Shown: piece after piece, positions 37,249 through 46,799 of the stretch | Position numbering within the stretch: position 1 is the stretch's first letter | How the letters are laid out: every line of letters starts with the position of its first letter | Source: an uncultured Gemmatimonadales bacterium | GTDB lineage: Bacteria > Gemmatimonadota > Gemmatimonadetes > Gemmatimonadales > GWC2-71-9 | DNA length: 64,000 nucleotides | Assembly (NCBI GenBank): GCA_963828735.1 | Contig: CAWHFW010000005.1 | Location: 1,280,001 to 1,344,000, forward strand | Direction: 5' to 3' | The notes under the pieces: model-generated | Database searches by the model: none | What the model saw: only the letters and a program-made list of their open reading frames with translations | What the model was told of the DNA's origin: nothing | Position numbers and translations under genes: made by a program

Positions 37249-38174
37249 CGTCCCGGTACCGACTCTCGCACGAGGTTGCCAAGGAGAAAGGCGATGTTGG
37301 CGGGACGTTCCGCCAGGCGCCGCATGAGATAAGGATACCACTGGGTTCCGAAGGGGATATAGACCCGGAGGCGGTAGCCGTCGCGCCGGAGGCTTTCCTG
37401 CAGGTCTCGGCGCACGCCATACAGCATCTGAAACTCGAACCGCTCGCTTCCGATCCCCTGGCGCCGGGTGAAGTCCCGGACGTGGGCGATGATGGATTCG
37501 TCGTGCGTGGCGAGGCCCGGATAGTTGCCGGCGAGGAGCAGGCGCTCCATCAGGCGAACGTAGTTGCGATCCACGTCGGCCTTGTCGGGGAACGCGACCG
37601 CCGGCGGCTCCAGGTAGGCTCCCTTGCACAGCCGGACCCGCGCCTGCATGCCGACCAGACACTCGATGTCCTGCTCGGAGCGCCTGAGCATCGACTGGAT
37701 GACCACTCCGCAGTGCGCGCCGAAGCGGTCGAACAGCCGTCGGCGGAAGAACTCGAGCGTGCGCTCCGTGTACTCCGACCCCTCCATGTCGAGCCGAACG
37801 AAGCCATTGAGCGCCGCCGCCTTCTCGAGAATGGCCGTCATGTTGGCGACGCACAGGGCCTCGGAGATGTCGAGCCCCATCTGGGTCAACTTGACCGAGA
37901 CGTTGACCTCGGTGCCGCTTGCGGCCATGAGGTCGAGCATCCGGAGGTACTGGTCCCGGGCAGTGGCCGCCTCGGCTTCCACCGTCACGCTCTCGCCCAG
38001 GAGATCGAGCGAGGGGGTGATGCCACGGCGGGTGAGTTCGCGCGCCGCGTCGACCCCTTGCTCGATGGACTCGCCCGCCACGAACCGGGAAGCGAATCGG
38101 CGGGCGAGGCCATTCCCACGCACGAAGTTGAACACACCCTGCCGCTCGGACAGCCAGAGCAGGCCCTGTCGCAT
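37245..38174 (-). CDS. Monofunctional proline dehydrogenase
   Basis: RFVAGE, LDLLGE, SVKLTQMG, RLDME, RLCKGAY, ATHD, EFQMLYG, YIPFG..WYPYLMRRLAERP. Confidence 0.95.
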   Translation of the reverse strand: MRQGLLWLSERQGVFNFVRGNGLARRFASRFVAGESIEQGVDAARELTRRGITPSLDLLGESVTVEAEAATARDQYLRMLDLMAASGTEVNVSVKLTQMGLDISEALCVANMTAILEKAAALNGFVRLDMEGSEYTERTLEFFRRRLFDRFGAHCGVVIQSMLRRSEQDIECLVGMQARVRLCKGAYLEPPAVAFPDKADVDRNYVRLMERLLLAGNYPGLATHDESIIAHVRDFTRRQGIGSERFEFQMLYGVRRDLQESLRRDGYRLRVYIPFGTQWYPYLMRRLAERPANIAFLLGNLVRESVPGR

Positions 38175-38300
38175 GATCACGGTCGCACCTTGTCGAGAGC
38201 CGAAAGAGCGGTGAGGGCCCGCCCGGAAACGCCCACGAAGGTAGTGGGGGAAGGCGGTGGAGTGTAGAGGGGGACAGAGGCGTGAATCTTTATGCAACCC

Positions 38301-38316
38301 TGTGACTGGCGTCACG
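38301..38316. promoter_or_regulatory. CRP/FNR-family-like operator
   Basis: TGTGA-CTGGCG-TCACG versus consensus TGTGA-N6-TCACA, in the divergent intergenic region. Confidence 0.5.
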
Positions 38317-38518
38317 TTACGGGCTCGACGACCGCAGACTTCGGCCCCGATTGTGTCCCTCCCCACGGCCCCGATCGTCGGGGCCGAGAATCTTGCGCGG
38401 GAGTCGAGTCACGGCTCGCGCAGCGCGCTCTCGCTACGCGTGAGATGACACTCACACCGCCTGGGACACCGCGCGCCCCGGGCGGGACCGATCACGCGAC
38501 GCGCGCCGGAATCGAACC

Positions 38519-39580
38519 ATGCCTTCTCGCCGACGGCCGTCGCCGCCGCCCGACCCACTCCAATCGGCCCAGGCCGCAGGCCTCCGGTACGTGAGCGATG
38601 CGACGCCCGGGATTCGCCGTCGGCGAGCTGGACGCGGATTCGCGTACGTGTCGGCCGACGGCCGACCGCTCCGCGATACCGCCGCGCTGGCCCGCATCAG
38701 GAGCCTCGCGATCCCGCCAGCGTACACCGACGTGTGGATCTGCCCCACCCCCAATGGCCACCTCCAGGCTACGGGCAGGGACGCGCGAGGGCGGAAGCAG
38801 TATCGGTATCATCCCAAATGGCGGGAGGTCCGGGACGAGACCAAGTTCGGCCGCATGGTCGCCTTCAGCGAGGCGCTTCCACGCCTCCGGAAGCGGATCG
38901 AGGACGACCTCGCCAAGTCCGGTCTGCCACGAGAGAAGGTGCTTGCCACCGTGGTCCGTCTGCTCGAGTGCACCGGTATCCGCGTCGGGAACGAGGAGTA
39001 CGCGCGGAACAATCGCTCGTTCGGGCTGACCACCTTGCGCGACCACCACGTCGAGATCTCCGGATCCACGATGCGCTTCGAGTTCCGGGGCAAGAGCGGC
39101 AAGACGCACCGTGTGGCGCTGAGCGACCGACGACTCGCCCGCATCGTGGCGCGCTGCCAGGCGGTGCCCGGCGCGGAGTTGTTCCAGTACGTGGACGACG
39201 AGGGCGAGCGGGTGGCGATCGGGTCGGGAGATGTGAACGACTATCTGCGGGACATCACGGGCGAGGATTTCACCGCCAAGGACTTCCGCACCTGGGCCGG
39301 CACGCTGCAGGCCGTGGCGGCGCTGGACGCGCTCGGGCCCGCCTCCAGCGTCCGCGAGGCGAAATCCGCGATCCTCCGGGCCATCGACCAGGTGGCGGAA
39401 CGCCTCAATAACACGCGCGCCGTGTGCCGGAAGTACTACGTACACCCCGCGGTGCTGGAACGGTATGAGGCCGGCACCCTCCACGAGGCCATGGCTAACG
39501 GGAAGGGCGGAACCGCCGCGTCCGGCCTCGAGCCGGACGAACAGGCGCTGGTCAGGCTGCTGCGACATGTCTCGGAATGA
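38519..39580 (+). CDS. Bacterial DNA topoisomerase IB
   Basis: IPPAYTDVWI, ATGRDARGRKQYRYH, GIRVGNEEY, FRGKSGK, AKDFRTW, NNTRAVCRKYYVHP. Confidence 0.95.
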   Translation: MPSRRRPSPPPDPLQSAQAAGLRYVSDATPGIRRRRAGRGFAYVSADGRPLRDTAALARIRSLAIPPAYTDVWICPTPNGHLQATGRDARGRKQYRYHPKWREVRDETKFGRMVAFSEALPRLRKRIEDDLAKSGLPREKVLATVVRLLECTGIRVGNEEYARNNRSFGLTTLRDHHVEISGSTMRFEFRGKSGKTHRVALSDRRLARIVARCQAVPGAELFQYVDDEGERVAIGSGDVNDYLRDITGEDFTAKDFRTWAGTLQAVAALDALGPASSVREAKSAILRAIDQVAERLNNTRAVCRKYYVHPAVLERYEAGTLHEAMANGKGGTAASGLEPDEQALVRLLRHVSE

Positions 39581-39591
39581 CCAACGCGACC

Positions 39592-39619
39592 GCGCCCGCC
39601 CACGGGCGTGGGCGGGCGC
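39592..39619. terminator. GC hairpin between the convergent topoisomerase IB and cupredoxin genes
   Basis: GCGCCCGCCCAC-GGGC-GTGGGCGGGCGC perfect 12-bp stem. Confidence 0.65.
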
Positions 39620-39663
39620 AGCATGGGAGGAGCAGCCGGTCCCATAGCTTTCGTGGGACCAGC

Positions 39664-40089
39664 TCACATGCCGGCGTACCCTCCACCACCCGAACCACCA
39701 GAGCCACCAGAGCCGCCGCTGCTGGCGCCGCCATCCGATACCGTCACCGAACCGGACATCACTGCGGCGCCGTGAATGGAGCAAAAGTAGGGATAGGTCC
39801 CGGCGACGCTGAAGGTCCGCTGGAACGATCCCGAGCTCTGCGCCCCCGAGCCGGGGGCGTTGTCGTTGAACGTGACCGTGTGCTGCACGTCGCCGTCGGC
39901 CCATTGCCAGGTCACCGTGGTACCGGTCGCCACGCTGAGGGTCGCGGGAGAATAGAAATTGTTGCCGACCGTGACCGTGCTGCCGCCCCCGGTCGGCGTC
40001 GTCGGGCCGGTCGTGGTATCGGATCCGCCGCTCCCGCACCCGACGAACGCCAGAATGGCCAGCGTCTGGAACAACGACCGCGCCCGCAT
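39664..40089 (-). CDS. Cupredoxin (plastocyanin/azurin-like) lipoprotein
   Basis: GGAGG RBS; lipobox FVGC; FYSPATLSV..GTTVTW, QHTV, YPYFCSIHGAAVMSG (H..C-x2-H-x4-M); Gly/Ser tail. Confidence 0.85.
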   Translation of the reverse strand: MRARSLFQTLAILAFVGCGSGGSDTTTGPTTPTGGGSTVTVGNNFYSPATLSVATGTTVTWQWADGDVQHTVTFNDNAPGSGAQSSGSFQRTFSVAGTYPYFCSIHGAAVMSGSVTVSDGGASSGGSGGSGGSGGGGYAGM

Positions 40090-40229
40090 AGCAACCTCCG
40101 CTCGAACCGATGCCGTCTGAAGGAACCCGACCTTCATGAGTAATCCGAGCCGAGAGGGCGGTCTTGCATGGGCGGAACGGATTTGTGCAACGTGAGCGGA
40201 GGGAGCATCTTGCAACAGGGAGGCCGGTG

Positions 40230-41012
40230 ATGGTGGAGCGCGCGCTCAAACTCGAGGGATTCAGCCTGCGGGAAGGTCGGCACCCGCCAGGGAGCAGTCT
40301 TCCGTGGCATCGACACGCCGGCCCTACGCTCTGCTTCATCTACGCGGGAGCCTTCACCGAGCGCTTTGCCGGCGCGACGCTGGAATGCACCCCCGGCACG
40401 CTCAAGATCACCCCTGCGGAGGAGCCGCACAGCAATCGGTTCGGGCGGGAGGAGACGCGCGGCCTCCTGGTGGAAGCCGACGCTGGGGGCCTCGATCGCC
40501 TGGGCGAGCATGCCGGCGTCCTCGACGAGCGGGCCAGCTACCGCGATGGCCACCTGTCGGTGCTCGCCTGGCGGCTGCTCGCCGAGCTTCGGTCGGGCGA
40601 CACGGCCGCCCCGCTCGCGATCGAGGGCCTGTTGCTGGAGATCCTGGCTGGGGCGGCCCGCTCGCGCGACGTGCGGGTTCACGGCGCGGTGCCGCGATGG
40701 GTTGCCGAGGCCCGCGAGTACCTGCACGATCCGGGGGCGATCGCGAGCCTCGGTGAGCTCGCTGCCGTCGTCGACGTGCATCCCGTGACGCTCGCGAGAG
40801 GGTTCCGCAGGGCGTACGGCTGCAGCGTTGGCGAATATCTGCGATGGCTCCGCATCGCCCAGGCGGCCCGACGGCTCGCGGAAACCGACGCGCCCCTCGC
40901 CGAGATCGCGCTCGAAGCGGGCTTTGCGGACCAGAGTCATTTCTCGAACATGTTCCGCCGGGAAACCGGTGTGCCGCCCTCGGCGTTCCGCCGAGCCGTA
41001 CGCGGGAAGTAG
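40230..41012 (+). CDS. AraC-family transcriptional regulator (cupin plus HTH)
   Basis: WHRH cupin motif; LAAVVDVHPVTLARGFRR, IALEAGFADQSHFSNMFRR. Confidence 0.93.
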   Translation: MVERALKLEGFSLREGRHPPGSSLPWHRHAGPTLCFIYAGAFTERFAGATLECTPGTLKITPAEEPHSNRFGREETRGLLVEADAGGLDRLGEHAGVLDERASYRDGHLSVLAWRLLAELRSGDTAAPLAIEGLLLEILAGAARSRDVRVHGAVPRWVAEAREYLHDPGAIASLGELAAVVDVHPVTLARGFRRAYGCSVGEYLRWLRIAQAARRLAETDAPLAEIALEAGFADQSHFSNMFRRETGVPPSAFRRAVRGK

Positions 41013-41019
41013 ATCCTCC

Positions 41020-41373
41020 CTACGAGGCCGTCGCGCCTCGGCCCTCGTTCGGCAGCAGCTCAGAGACCACACGCGTCATCGCATCCGCCTGAATATCGAA
41101 ATGCGACCCGTGCCATTCGGGGACACCCTCGCGCAGGATGATCGCCTGCGGCGACTGGTGGACCACCCCGGTGCGCTCCGCGAACGCGCGCGAGAGCGGT
41201 CGCTGCTTGATCACATCGACCAGGAAGATCGGCACGTGGCTCAGCCGCCTGAACGCGAGCATCTCCTGGTAGGCGAACCCGCTGGTGGGGCAGATCGGAC
41301 TGTGCTTGTAGAGCACGGCGAGCGGCGAGGCGAGCAGGGCGGCAAGGTCGGCTTCAGTGACGATCGGGTGCAT
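41020..41373 (-). CDS. ytxJ: YtxJ-family monothiol redox protein (bacillithiol system, DUF2847)
   Basis: YKHSPICPTS, QRPLSRAFAERTGVVHQSPQAIILREG, SHFDI. Confidence 0.88.
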   Translation of the reverse strand: MHPIVTEADLAALLASPLAVLYKHSPICPTSGFAYQEMLAFRRLSHVPIFLVDVIKQRPLSRAFAERTGVVHQSPQAIILREGVPEWHGSHFDIQADAMTRVVSELLPNEGRGATAS

Positions 41374-41405
41374 GAGGCAACCTACACCGCCGCGTCACAC
41401 GGCGG

Positions 41406-43661
41406 CTACGTCAGGCGCATGCGCTCCTGCAGCCGGCGGAAGCGTGGCTCGGCGCGCAGGGCGTCGAGCGAGGGCTCGACGTTGAGATAAGCGAGCCATC
41501 CACGGCGTTGCTCGTGCGCCTCCTCGAGCCACCCGAGCGCGGCCTCGACCTCACCGAGGGCCGCGTGCAGCATGACGAACGCGACCGGTGAGACGTACTG
41601 CCTGGCGCGCCGCGCGTCGAGCTCAGCGAAAATCGCCCGCGTTTCCTCGGGCCGGCCGCGTCCGGCCGCCACGACGCCGAGCCCGGCCTCAGCGAGGGCG
41701 GGGCTCTGCGAGACCGCGATGGCTTCGCGAAACGCGCCCGCCGCCTCGTCCCACTGGCGGACCTGCACATAGGACAGCCCCAGGAGGCGGTGGTTCTCTT
41801 CGGCGGTCGGATCCATCGCAAGAGCGCGCCGCAGCTGCTCGAGCGCCTGCTCGGGCTGACGTGCGTAGTAGTGGAGCCATCCCATGCTCCGGCGGATCGA
41901 CACCGAGGCGGGGTCGAGCACGAGCGCCTGCCGTCCCTCGGCGAGGGCGAGCTCGGTCCGGCCCATCGCGATCTGAAACCACGAGTGCCACTGGCGGGCG
42001 ACGGAGTAGCGCGGGTTGAGCTCGAGCGCCCGCTGGAAATGGCGGGCCGCGCCCGGCCAGTCCCAGTCGTAGATGAACGTCACCCACGCGAGCGAGGTGT
42101 GAGCCTCCGCGAGCGTCTCGTCGAGCGCGAGCGCGCGGCGCGCCTCCGCGCGCGCCCGCTCGAAGCCTTCCTGCACCGGCGAGCCCCGGTAGTCGAGCTG
42201 CAGCGCGTACGAGTCGGCCAGGCCGGTATAGGCCAGCGCGTACCCCGCGTCCTCCTCGATCGCCGCCTCGAAGAACCGGATCCCTTCCGCGATGGACGAC
42301 TGCGTCCGCCGGTTCCAGGCATGTCGGCCCTTGAGATACAGATGGTACGCCTTGAGGTTCGCGGTATAGCGCACCGGGAGGGGGTCGCCGAGGTCCTGGA
42401 GCAGCGTCGCGCGCAAGGTCGAGACGATGGTCTGGGCGATCTCGTCCTGGATGGCGAAGACGTCGGCCAGCTCCCGATCGTAGCGCTCGGACCAGAGGGT
42501 GCGACCGTCGCGCACGCTGGTGAGCTGCGCCGTGATCCGGAGGCGCGTGCCCGCCCGCCGGACGGATCCCTCGAGGACGGTGCTGACGTTGAGGCGCGCG
42601 CCGAGCGCCCGGACGTCCTCGCGCGCGCCCTTGAGGGCGAACACCGAGGTACGCGACGCGACTCGCAGGCCCTCGACTTTCGTCAGCGCAGTGATGAGCT
42701 CCTCGGTCATCCCGTCGCTGAAATATTCATTCTCCGGGTCGGCGCTCGCGTTCACGAACGGCAGCACCGCGATCGCGCGGGCATCGGGCTCGACGGGCGG
42801 GAGGGCCGCGGTCACGTCGAGCGTCGGCGTCTCGAGCGCGGCCACGAACTCGGTCATGGTCGGAAAGCGGTCCCCGGGCGACTTGGCCAGTGCGCGGTCC
42901 AGGGCCCGCTCCACCGCCACGGGCACGTTGGGCCGGCGCGCGCGGATCGGGACGGGCGGCTCGATCGCGTGGCGCGCCATGGTGGCCCGGGCTCCGCTGC
43001 CGGCGAACGGCGGCTCGCCGGCCAGCATCTCGTACAGCACGCAAGCCAGGCTGTACTGGTCGGTTCGGCCGTCGAGCCCGCTCTCCGCGCTCGCCTGCTC
43101 GGGGCTCATGTAGGCCGGCGTCCCCACGGCGAAGCCGTGGTCGGTGGTGTACGCGCTCTCGCCGCCGGCGGCTGACACGGCGGTGGCCACGCCGAAGTCG
43201 GCGATGACCGGCTCGCCTTCCTGCAGAAGAATGTTCTCGGGCTTGATATCGCGGTGGATCACCTTGAGGCGGTGGGCGTAAGCCAGGGCGCCCGCCACGG
43301 CCCGCGTGATCCGCAGGGCGACGTCCAGCGGGAGCGGCCCCTCGCGCTCCAGCCGGTCCCGGAGGCTCTCGCAGCCCGCGTAGGGCATCACGAAGTAGAG
43401 CAGCCCGTCGCATTCGCCGGAATCGTGGAGCGGCAGGATCTGCGGGTGCGCGAGGCGGGCGGCGATCCGGATCTCGCGGAGGAAGCGCTGCGGCTCGTAC
43501 CCGGCTGGCGTGTCGGGCCGCAGCACCTTGATGGCCACCTTGCGAGTGTGCTTCAGATCTTCCGCCAGGTACACCGTGGCCGCGCCTCCGCGCCCGATCT
43601 CTTCCTCGATCAGGTAGCGGTCGCCCAGCGCGGACCGAAGTCGGGTAGCAATGTCCAGCAC
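41406..43661 (-). CDS. Ser/Thr kinase with TolB-N-like and TPR domains
   Basis: RLRSALGDRY, GRGGAATVY, HRDIKPEN, DFG, GTPAYMSPEQ; AIAVLPFVN..EYFSDGMTEELI; TPR repeats; start GTG 43661 estimated. Confidence 0.92.
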   Translation of the reverse strand: MLDIATRLRSALGDRYLIEEEIGRGGAATVYLAEDLKHTRKVAIKVLRPDTPAGYEPQRFLREIRIAARLAHPQILPLHDSGECDGLLYFVMPYAGCESLRDRLEREGPLPLDVALRITRAVAGALAYAHRLKVIHRDIKPENILLQEGEPVIADFGVATAVSAAGGESAYTTDHGFAVGTPAYMSPEQASAESGLDGRTDQYSLACVLYEMLAGEPPFAGSGARATMARHAIEPPVPIRARRPNVPVAVERALDRALAKSPGDRFPTMTEFVAALETPTLDVTAALPPVEPDARAIAVLPFVNASADPENEYFSDGMTEELITALTKVEGLRVASRTSVFALKGAREDVRALGARLNVSTVLEGSVRRAGTRLRITAQLTSVRDGRTLWSERYDRELADVFAIQDEIAQTIVSTLRATLLQDLGDPLPVRYTANLKAYHLYLKGRHAWNRRTQSSIAEGIRFFEAAIEEDAGYALAYTGLADSYALQLDYRGSPVQEGFERARAEARRALALDETLAEAHTSLAWVTFIYDWDWPGAARHFQRALELNPRYSVARQWHSWFQIAMGRTELALAEGRQALVLDPASVSIRRSMGWLHYYARQPEQALEQLRRALAMDPTAEENHRLLGLSYVQVRQWDEAAGAFREAIAVSQSPALAEAGLGVVAAGRGRPEETRAIFAELDARRARQYVSPVAFVMLHAALGEVEAALGWLEEAHEQRRGWLAYLNVEPSLDALRAEPRFRRLQERMRLT

Positions 43662-43813
43662 GGTGTATCGGCCTCGCGAGTGCGACTCATGGAAGGGAAC
43701 CGTACTTCCCCGCCAAGACAAGGCGCGTGGCCGGCGGATGGTACCAGCGTCCGAGGCGGACATGTCGCGACGGCCGCTGCGGACGGCGGCGCGACAACCT
43801 GTCCCGCGCGCGA

Positions 43814-44647
43814 TCAGCGCACGGGCGGAAGCTGGGCGAGAAAGCGGGCGATGGCGCCGAAGTAGGCGGCGGAGTCGCGCTCGAACGCGTCGGCATGCCC
43901 GCCTGCGAGCGCGACGAACGTCTTGGGTGACGGGGCGGCCTCGTAGAGCCGCCGCCCGTACGCGAAGGGAATCACCTCGTCGGCGCGCGCGTGCAGGAAG
44001 AGCTTGGGCAGCGTTAGGCCACCAATCCGATCGATCGAGGGGTAACGGCTCCGCGCGATCCAGCGCACCGGAACGAAGGGATACGCGTCCTGGGCACGCT
44101 CGGTGACGGAGGTGAGCGCCCCATCGAGAATGAGTCCGGCCGCGCGCACCCGCGTCGCCAGCTCCACAGCCACCGCCGAGCCCAGCGAGTGGCCGAAGAG
44201 CACGATGCGATCGGGTGGCACTCGGAGCGAGTCCGTGAGATACCGCCACGCCGCGTCGGCGTCACGGTACAGTCCCTCTTCAGTCGGCGCGCCGCCGCTC
44301 GCGCCGTAGCCCCGGTAGTCGAACGCGAGCAGGTTGAGCCCCAGGCCGCGCAGGTCCGCGTAGTGGTGCGGCCGTCCCGCCTCGGAGAGGTTGCCGCTAT
44401 TGCCGTGGCACATGAGCAGCCACCGCTCCGCAGCCCCGCCGGGCGCGCGCATGACCCACGCGACGAGGGTCACGCCGTCGGCGGTTCGGATCTCGACGCG
44501 TTGGGGTGCGAGGCCAAGCGCGGCCGGCGGGGGCGTCAGCGATCGGGACGAGCCGGGCGCGTAGACGAGGCTGGGCTCGGCCAGGCGGAGCAGGAGCAGA
44601 AGCGCGACGTACAGCGCGGCTGCCACGGCGAGCACGGTCACCAGCAT
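43814..44647 (-). CDS. Alpha/beta hydrolase with N-terminal membrane anchor
   Basis: CHGNSGN, DYRGYG, GHSLG nucleophile, HARADEVIP, GGH. Confidence 0.92.
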   Translation of the reverse strand: MLVTVLAVAAALYVALLLLLRLAEPSLVYAPGSSRSLTPPPAALGLAPQRVEIRTADGVTLVAWVMRAPGGAAERWLLMCHGNSGNLSEAGRPHHYADLRGLGLNLLAFDYRGYGASGGAPTEEGLYRDADAAWRYLTDSLRVPPDRIVLFGHSLGSAVAVELATRVRAAGLILDGALTSVTERAQDAYPFVPVRWIARSRYPSIDRIGGLTLPKLFLHARADEVIPFAYGRRLYEAAPSPKTFVALAGGHADAFERDSAAYFGAIARFLAQLPPVR

Positions 44648-44666
44648 GCGCCGTCGGCCCGGCCGC

Positions 44667-46799
44667 TCAGGCAGGGTAGTACCGGCCACCGCCGTGCAGG
44701 ATGGTGCTGATCAGTCCGCCCGCCGGCGAGAACCTGGAGCCGTGCACGTCCTCGAGGTCGCGAAGCACGTCCACCACCTTGGTGGCGGTGAGGTCGTCGA
44801 TCACCCGCAGCGGTCCGCCGCGGAAGGCGGGGAAGCCGATGCCGAAGAGGGCGCCCACATCGCCATCGCGCGGGCTCCGCACCGCGCCGTCCTCGAGCGC
44901 CATGGCCGCCTCGTTGAGCATCGCGAACACGAGGCGCCGCTCGACCATGTTGGGGTCGGCATCCTCGACGGGACGCACGCCGAGAAGCGCGTACACCGAG
45001 TCGTCCACCCCCGCCTTGTGGCCGTCGTGATACCGGTAGAACCCCCGCTCGTTCTTCCGGCCAAGGCGACCGTCGGCGACGACCCGCCCCAGCGTCTCGG
45101 GCGGCCGCAGCCGATCGCCGAACGCCGCGTGCATCACGGCCCCAGCCTTCTGGGCGACGTCGAGGCCCACCTCGTCGAGAAGCGCGATCGGCCCAACCGG
45201 GAATCCCCACCGTGTCATGGTGCGGTCGATGACCTCGATCGGCACCCCTTCGGTGAGGAGGATGGCGGCTTCGTTCAGATAGGGCGACAGGATCCGGTTC
45301 ACCCAGAACCCGGGATGATCCGCGACCACGATGACGGTCTTGCCCATCCGGCGGCCGAACCGCACCGCTGTCACGATCGCCTCCGGGTCGGTCGCGTCGG
45401 TGGGGATGACCTCGAGCAGTGGCATCTTTTCGACCGGCGAGAAGAAGTGCATGCCCAGCACGCGCTCGGGCCGCTGTGCCTGGAAGGCGATGTCACGGAT
45501 CGGAATGGTGGAAGTGTTGCTCGCGAAGATGGTCTCGGGGCGGGTGACCGCTTCCACGTCGGCCAGGACCTGGCGCTTGGTCTCCAGGTCCTCGAACACC
45601 GCCTCGATCACGAGGTCGGCGCGGCCGAAGCCACGATAGTCCGCGCCACCCGACAGAAGCGCGCTCATCCGGTCGAGCTGCGGCCTGGTGAGCCGGCGGC
45701 GCCGGTATCGCTCGGCGAGCACGGCACCGGCGGCCTTGAGCCCCTTCCCCACCCTCGCGAGATCCGCGTCCTTCATCCGGGTGTCCACCTCGACGTTGAG
45801 CACCGCGGTGCCGGCGATCCCCGCCCCCATGAAGCCGGCGCCCACGATGCCAAGCCGCCGGATCTGCCGCGGCACCGCGGTGCCTGGCGGAATGCCGTCG
45901 TCCTTCTTGAGCGCCGTCGTGGCGAAGAACACCTGGACCAGCTTGCGCGACACGTCGCCCACGGCGAGCTCGCCGAAGGCGCGGTGCTCCGCGGCGAGGC
46001 CGGCAGCGATGCCCTGCTCGAGCCCGGTGCGCACCGCCTCGAGGGCCCGGAGCGGCGCGGGGTAGTGGCCACCCGACTTCGCGAGAACCTGTTTTTCGGC
46101 CCCGCGGTAGACCAGGCGGCGGCCGGTCGCGGTGCGGTCCAGCGCGAAGCCCTGGAGCCCGCCCGTTGGCTTCCGCTGCGGGACGCCTTCTCGCGCGAGC
46201 CTGTCGGCGGCGGCCAGCGCCGTCGCGCGGAGGATGCTTGGCGGCACGAGCTCATCCACCAGGCCGAGGCGAAGCGCCTTGGCGCCGCGCTCGCTCTTGC
46301 CCGTGAGGATCATGTCCAGCGCCGCGCGCACGCCGATGAGCCGGGGCAGCCGCTGGCAGCCGCCGGCGCCGGGGATGAGTCCGAGCTGCACCTCGGGGAG
46401 ACCGAGCTGGGTCTTCGGGTGGTCGGTGGCGATGCGGTAGTGACACGCGAGCGCGAGCTCGAGACCGGCTCCGAGACACGCGCCATGAATGGCGGCGACG
46501 ACGGGCGTCGAAAGGGTTTCGACGCGGCTCACCATCTCCTGGCCCTCGAAGCTGAGCCGCTCGGCCGCGCTCTCCGTGGTGAGCGCGGTGAACTCCTCGA
46601 TGTCCGCGCCCGCGATGAAGCTGTCGGCCTTGCCGGAGATGAGGACGGCCGCGCGAATCGTCGTGTCGTCGCGCAGCCGGATGAGCAGCGCCTCGAGCTC
46701 GACCTTGACCGCGTCGCTCAGCGTGTTGACCGGCTCGCTGGGCTCGTCGAACGTGACGACCGCGATGCCGTTCTCGACGGCGGTGGCGAACGCGGACAC
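44667..46799 (-). CDS. fadJ: Fatty acid oxidation complex alpha subunit (enoyl-CoA hydratase/3-hydroxyacyl-CoA dehydrogenase)
   Basis: FIAGADI, GAGLELAL, LPEVQLGLIPGAGG, GAGFMGAGIA, EAVFE, SNTS, MHFFSP, GFPAFRGGP. Confidence 0.93.
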   Translation of the reverse strand: MSAFATAVENGIAVVTFDEPSEPVNTLSDAVKVELEALLIRLRDDTTIRAAVLISGKADSFIAGADIEEFTALTTESAAERLSFEGQEMVSRVETLSTPVVAAIHGACLGAGLELALACHYRIATDHPKTQLGLPEVQLGLIPGAGGCQRLPRLIGVRAALDMILTGKSERGAKALRLGLVDELVPPSILRATALAAADRLAREGVPQRKPTGGLQGFALDRTATGRRLVYRGAEKQVLAKSGGHYPAPLRALEAVRTGLEQGIAAGLAAEHRAFGELAVGDVSRKLVQVFFATTALKKDDGIPPGTAVPRQIRRLGIVGAGFMGAGIAGTAVLNVEVDTRMKDADLARVGKGLKAAGAVLAERYRRRRLTRPQLDRMSALLSGGADYRGFGRADLVIEAVFEDLETKRQVLADVEAVTRPETIFASNTSTIPIRDIAFQAQRPERVLGMHFFSPVEKMPLLEVIPTDATDPEAIVTAVRFGRRMGKTVIVVADHPGFWVNRILSPYLNEAAILLTEGVPIEVIDRTMTRWGFPVGPIALLDEVGLDVAQKAGAVMHAAFGDRLRPPETLGRVVADGRLGRKNERGFYRYHDGHKAGVDDSVYALLGVRPVEDADPNMVERRLVFAMLNEAAMALEDGAVRSPRDGDVGALFGIGFPAFRGGPLRVIDDLTATKVVDVLRDLEDVHGSRFSPAGGLISTILHGGGRYYPA

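Noticed and set aside
38519..39580. Topoisomerase IB considered as a tyrosine integrase marking an island
   Set aside because: Motifs are TopIB-specific; no att repeats, tRNA or phage/plasmid genes flank it
39681..39730. CCACCAGAG-type short tandem repeats
   Set aside because: They encode the Gly/Ser tail (GGSGGSGGSGGGG) of the cupredoxin
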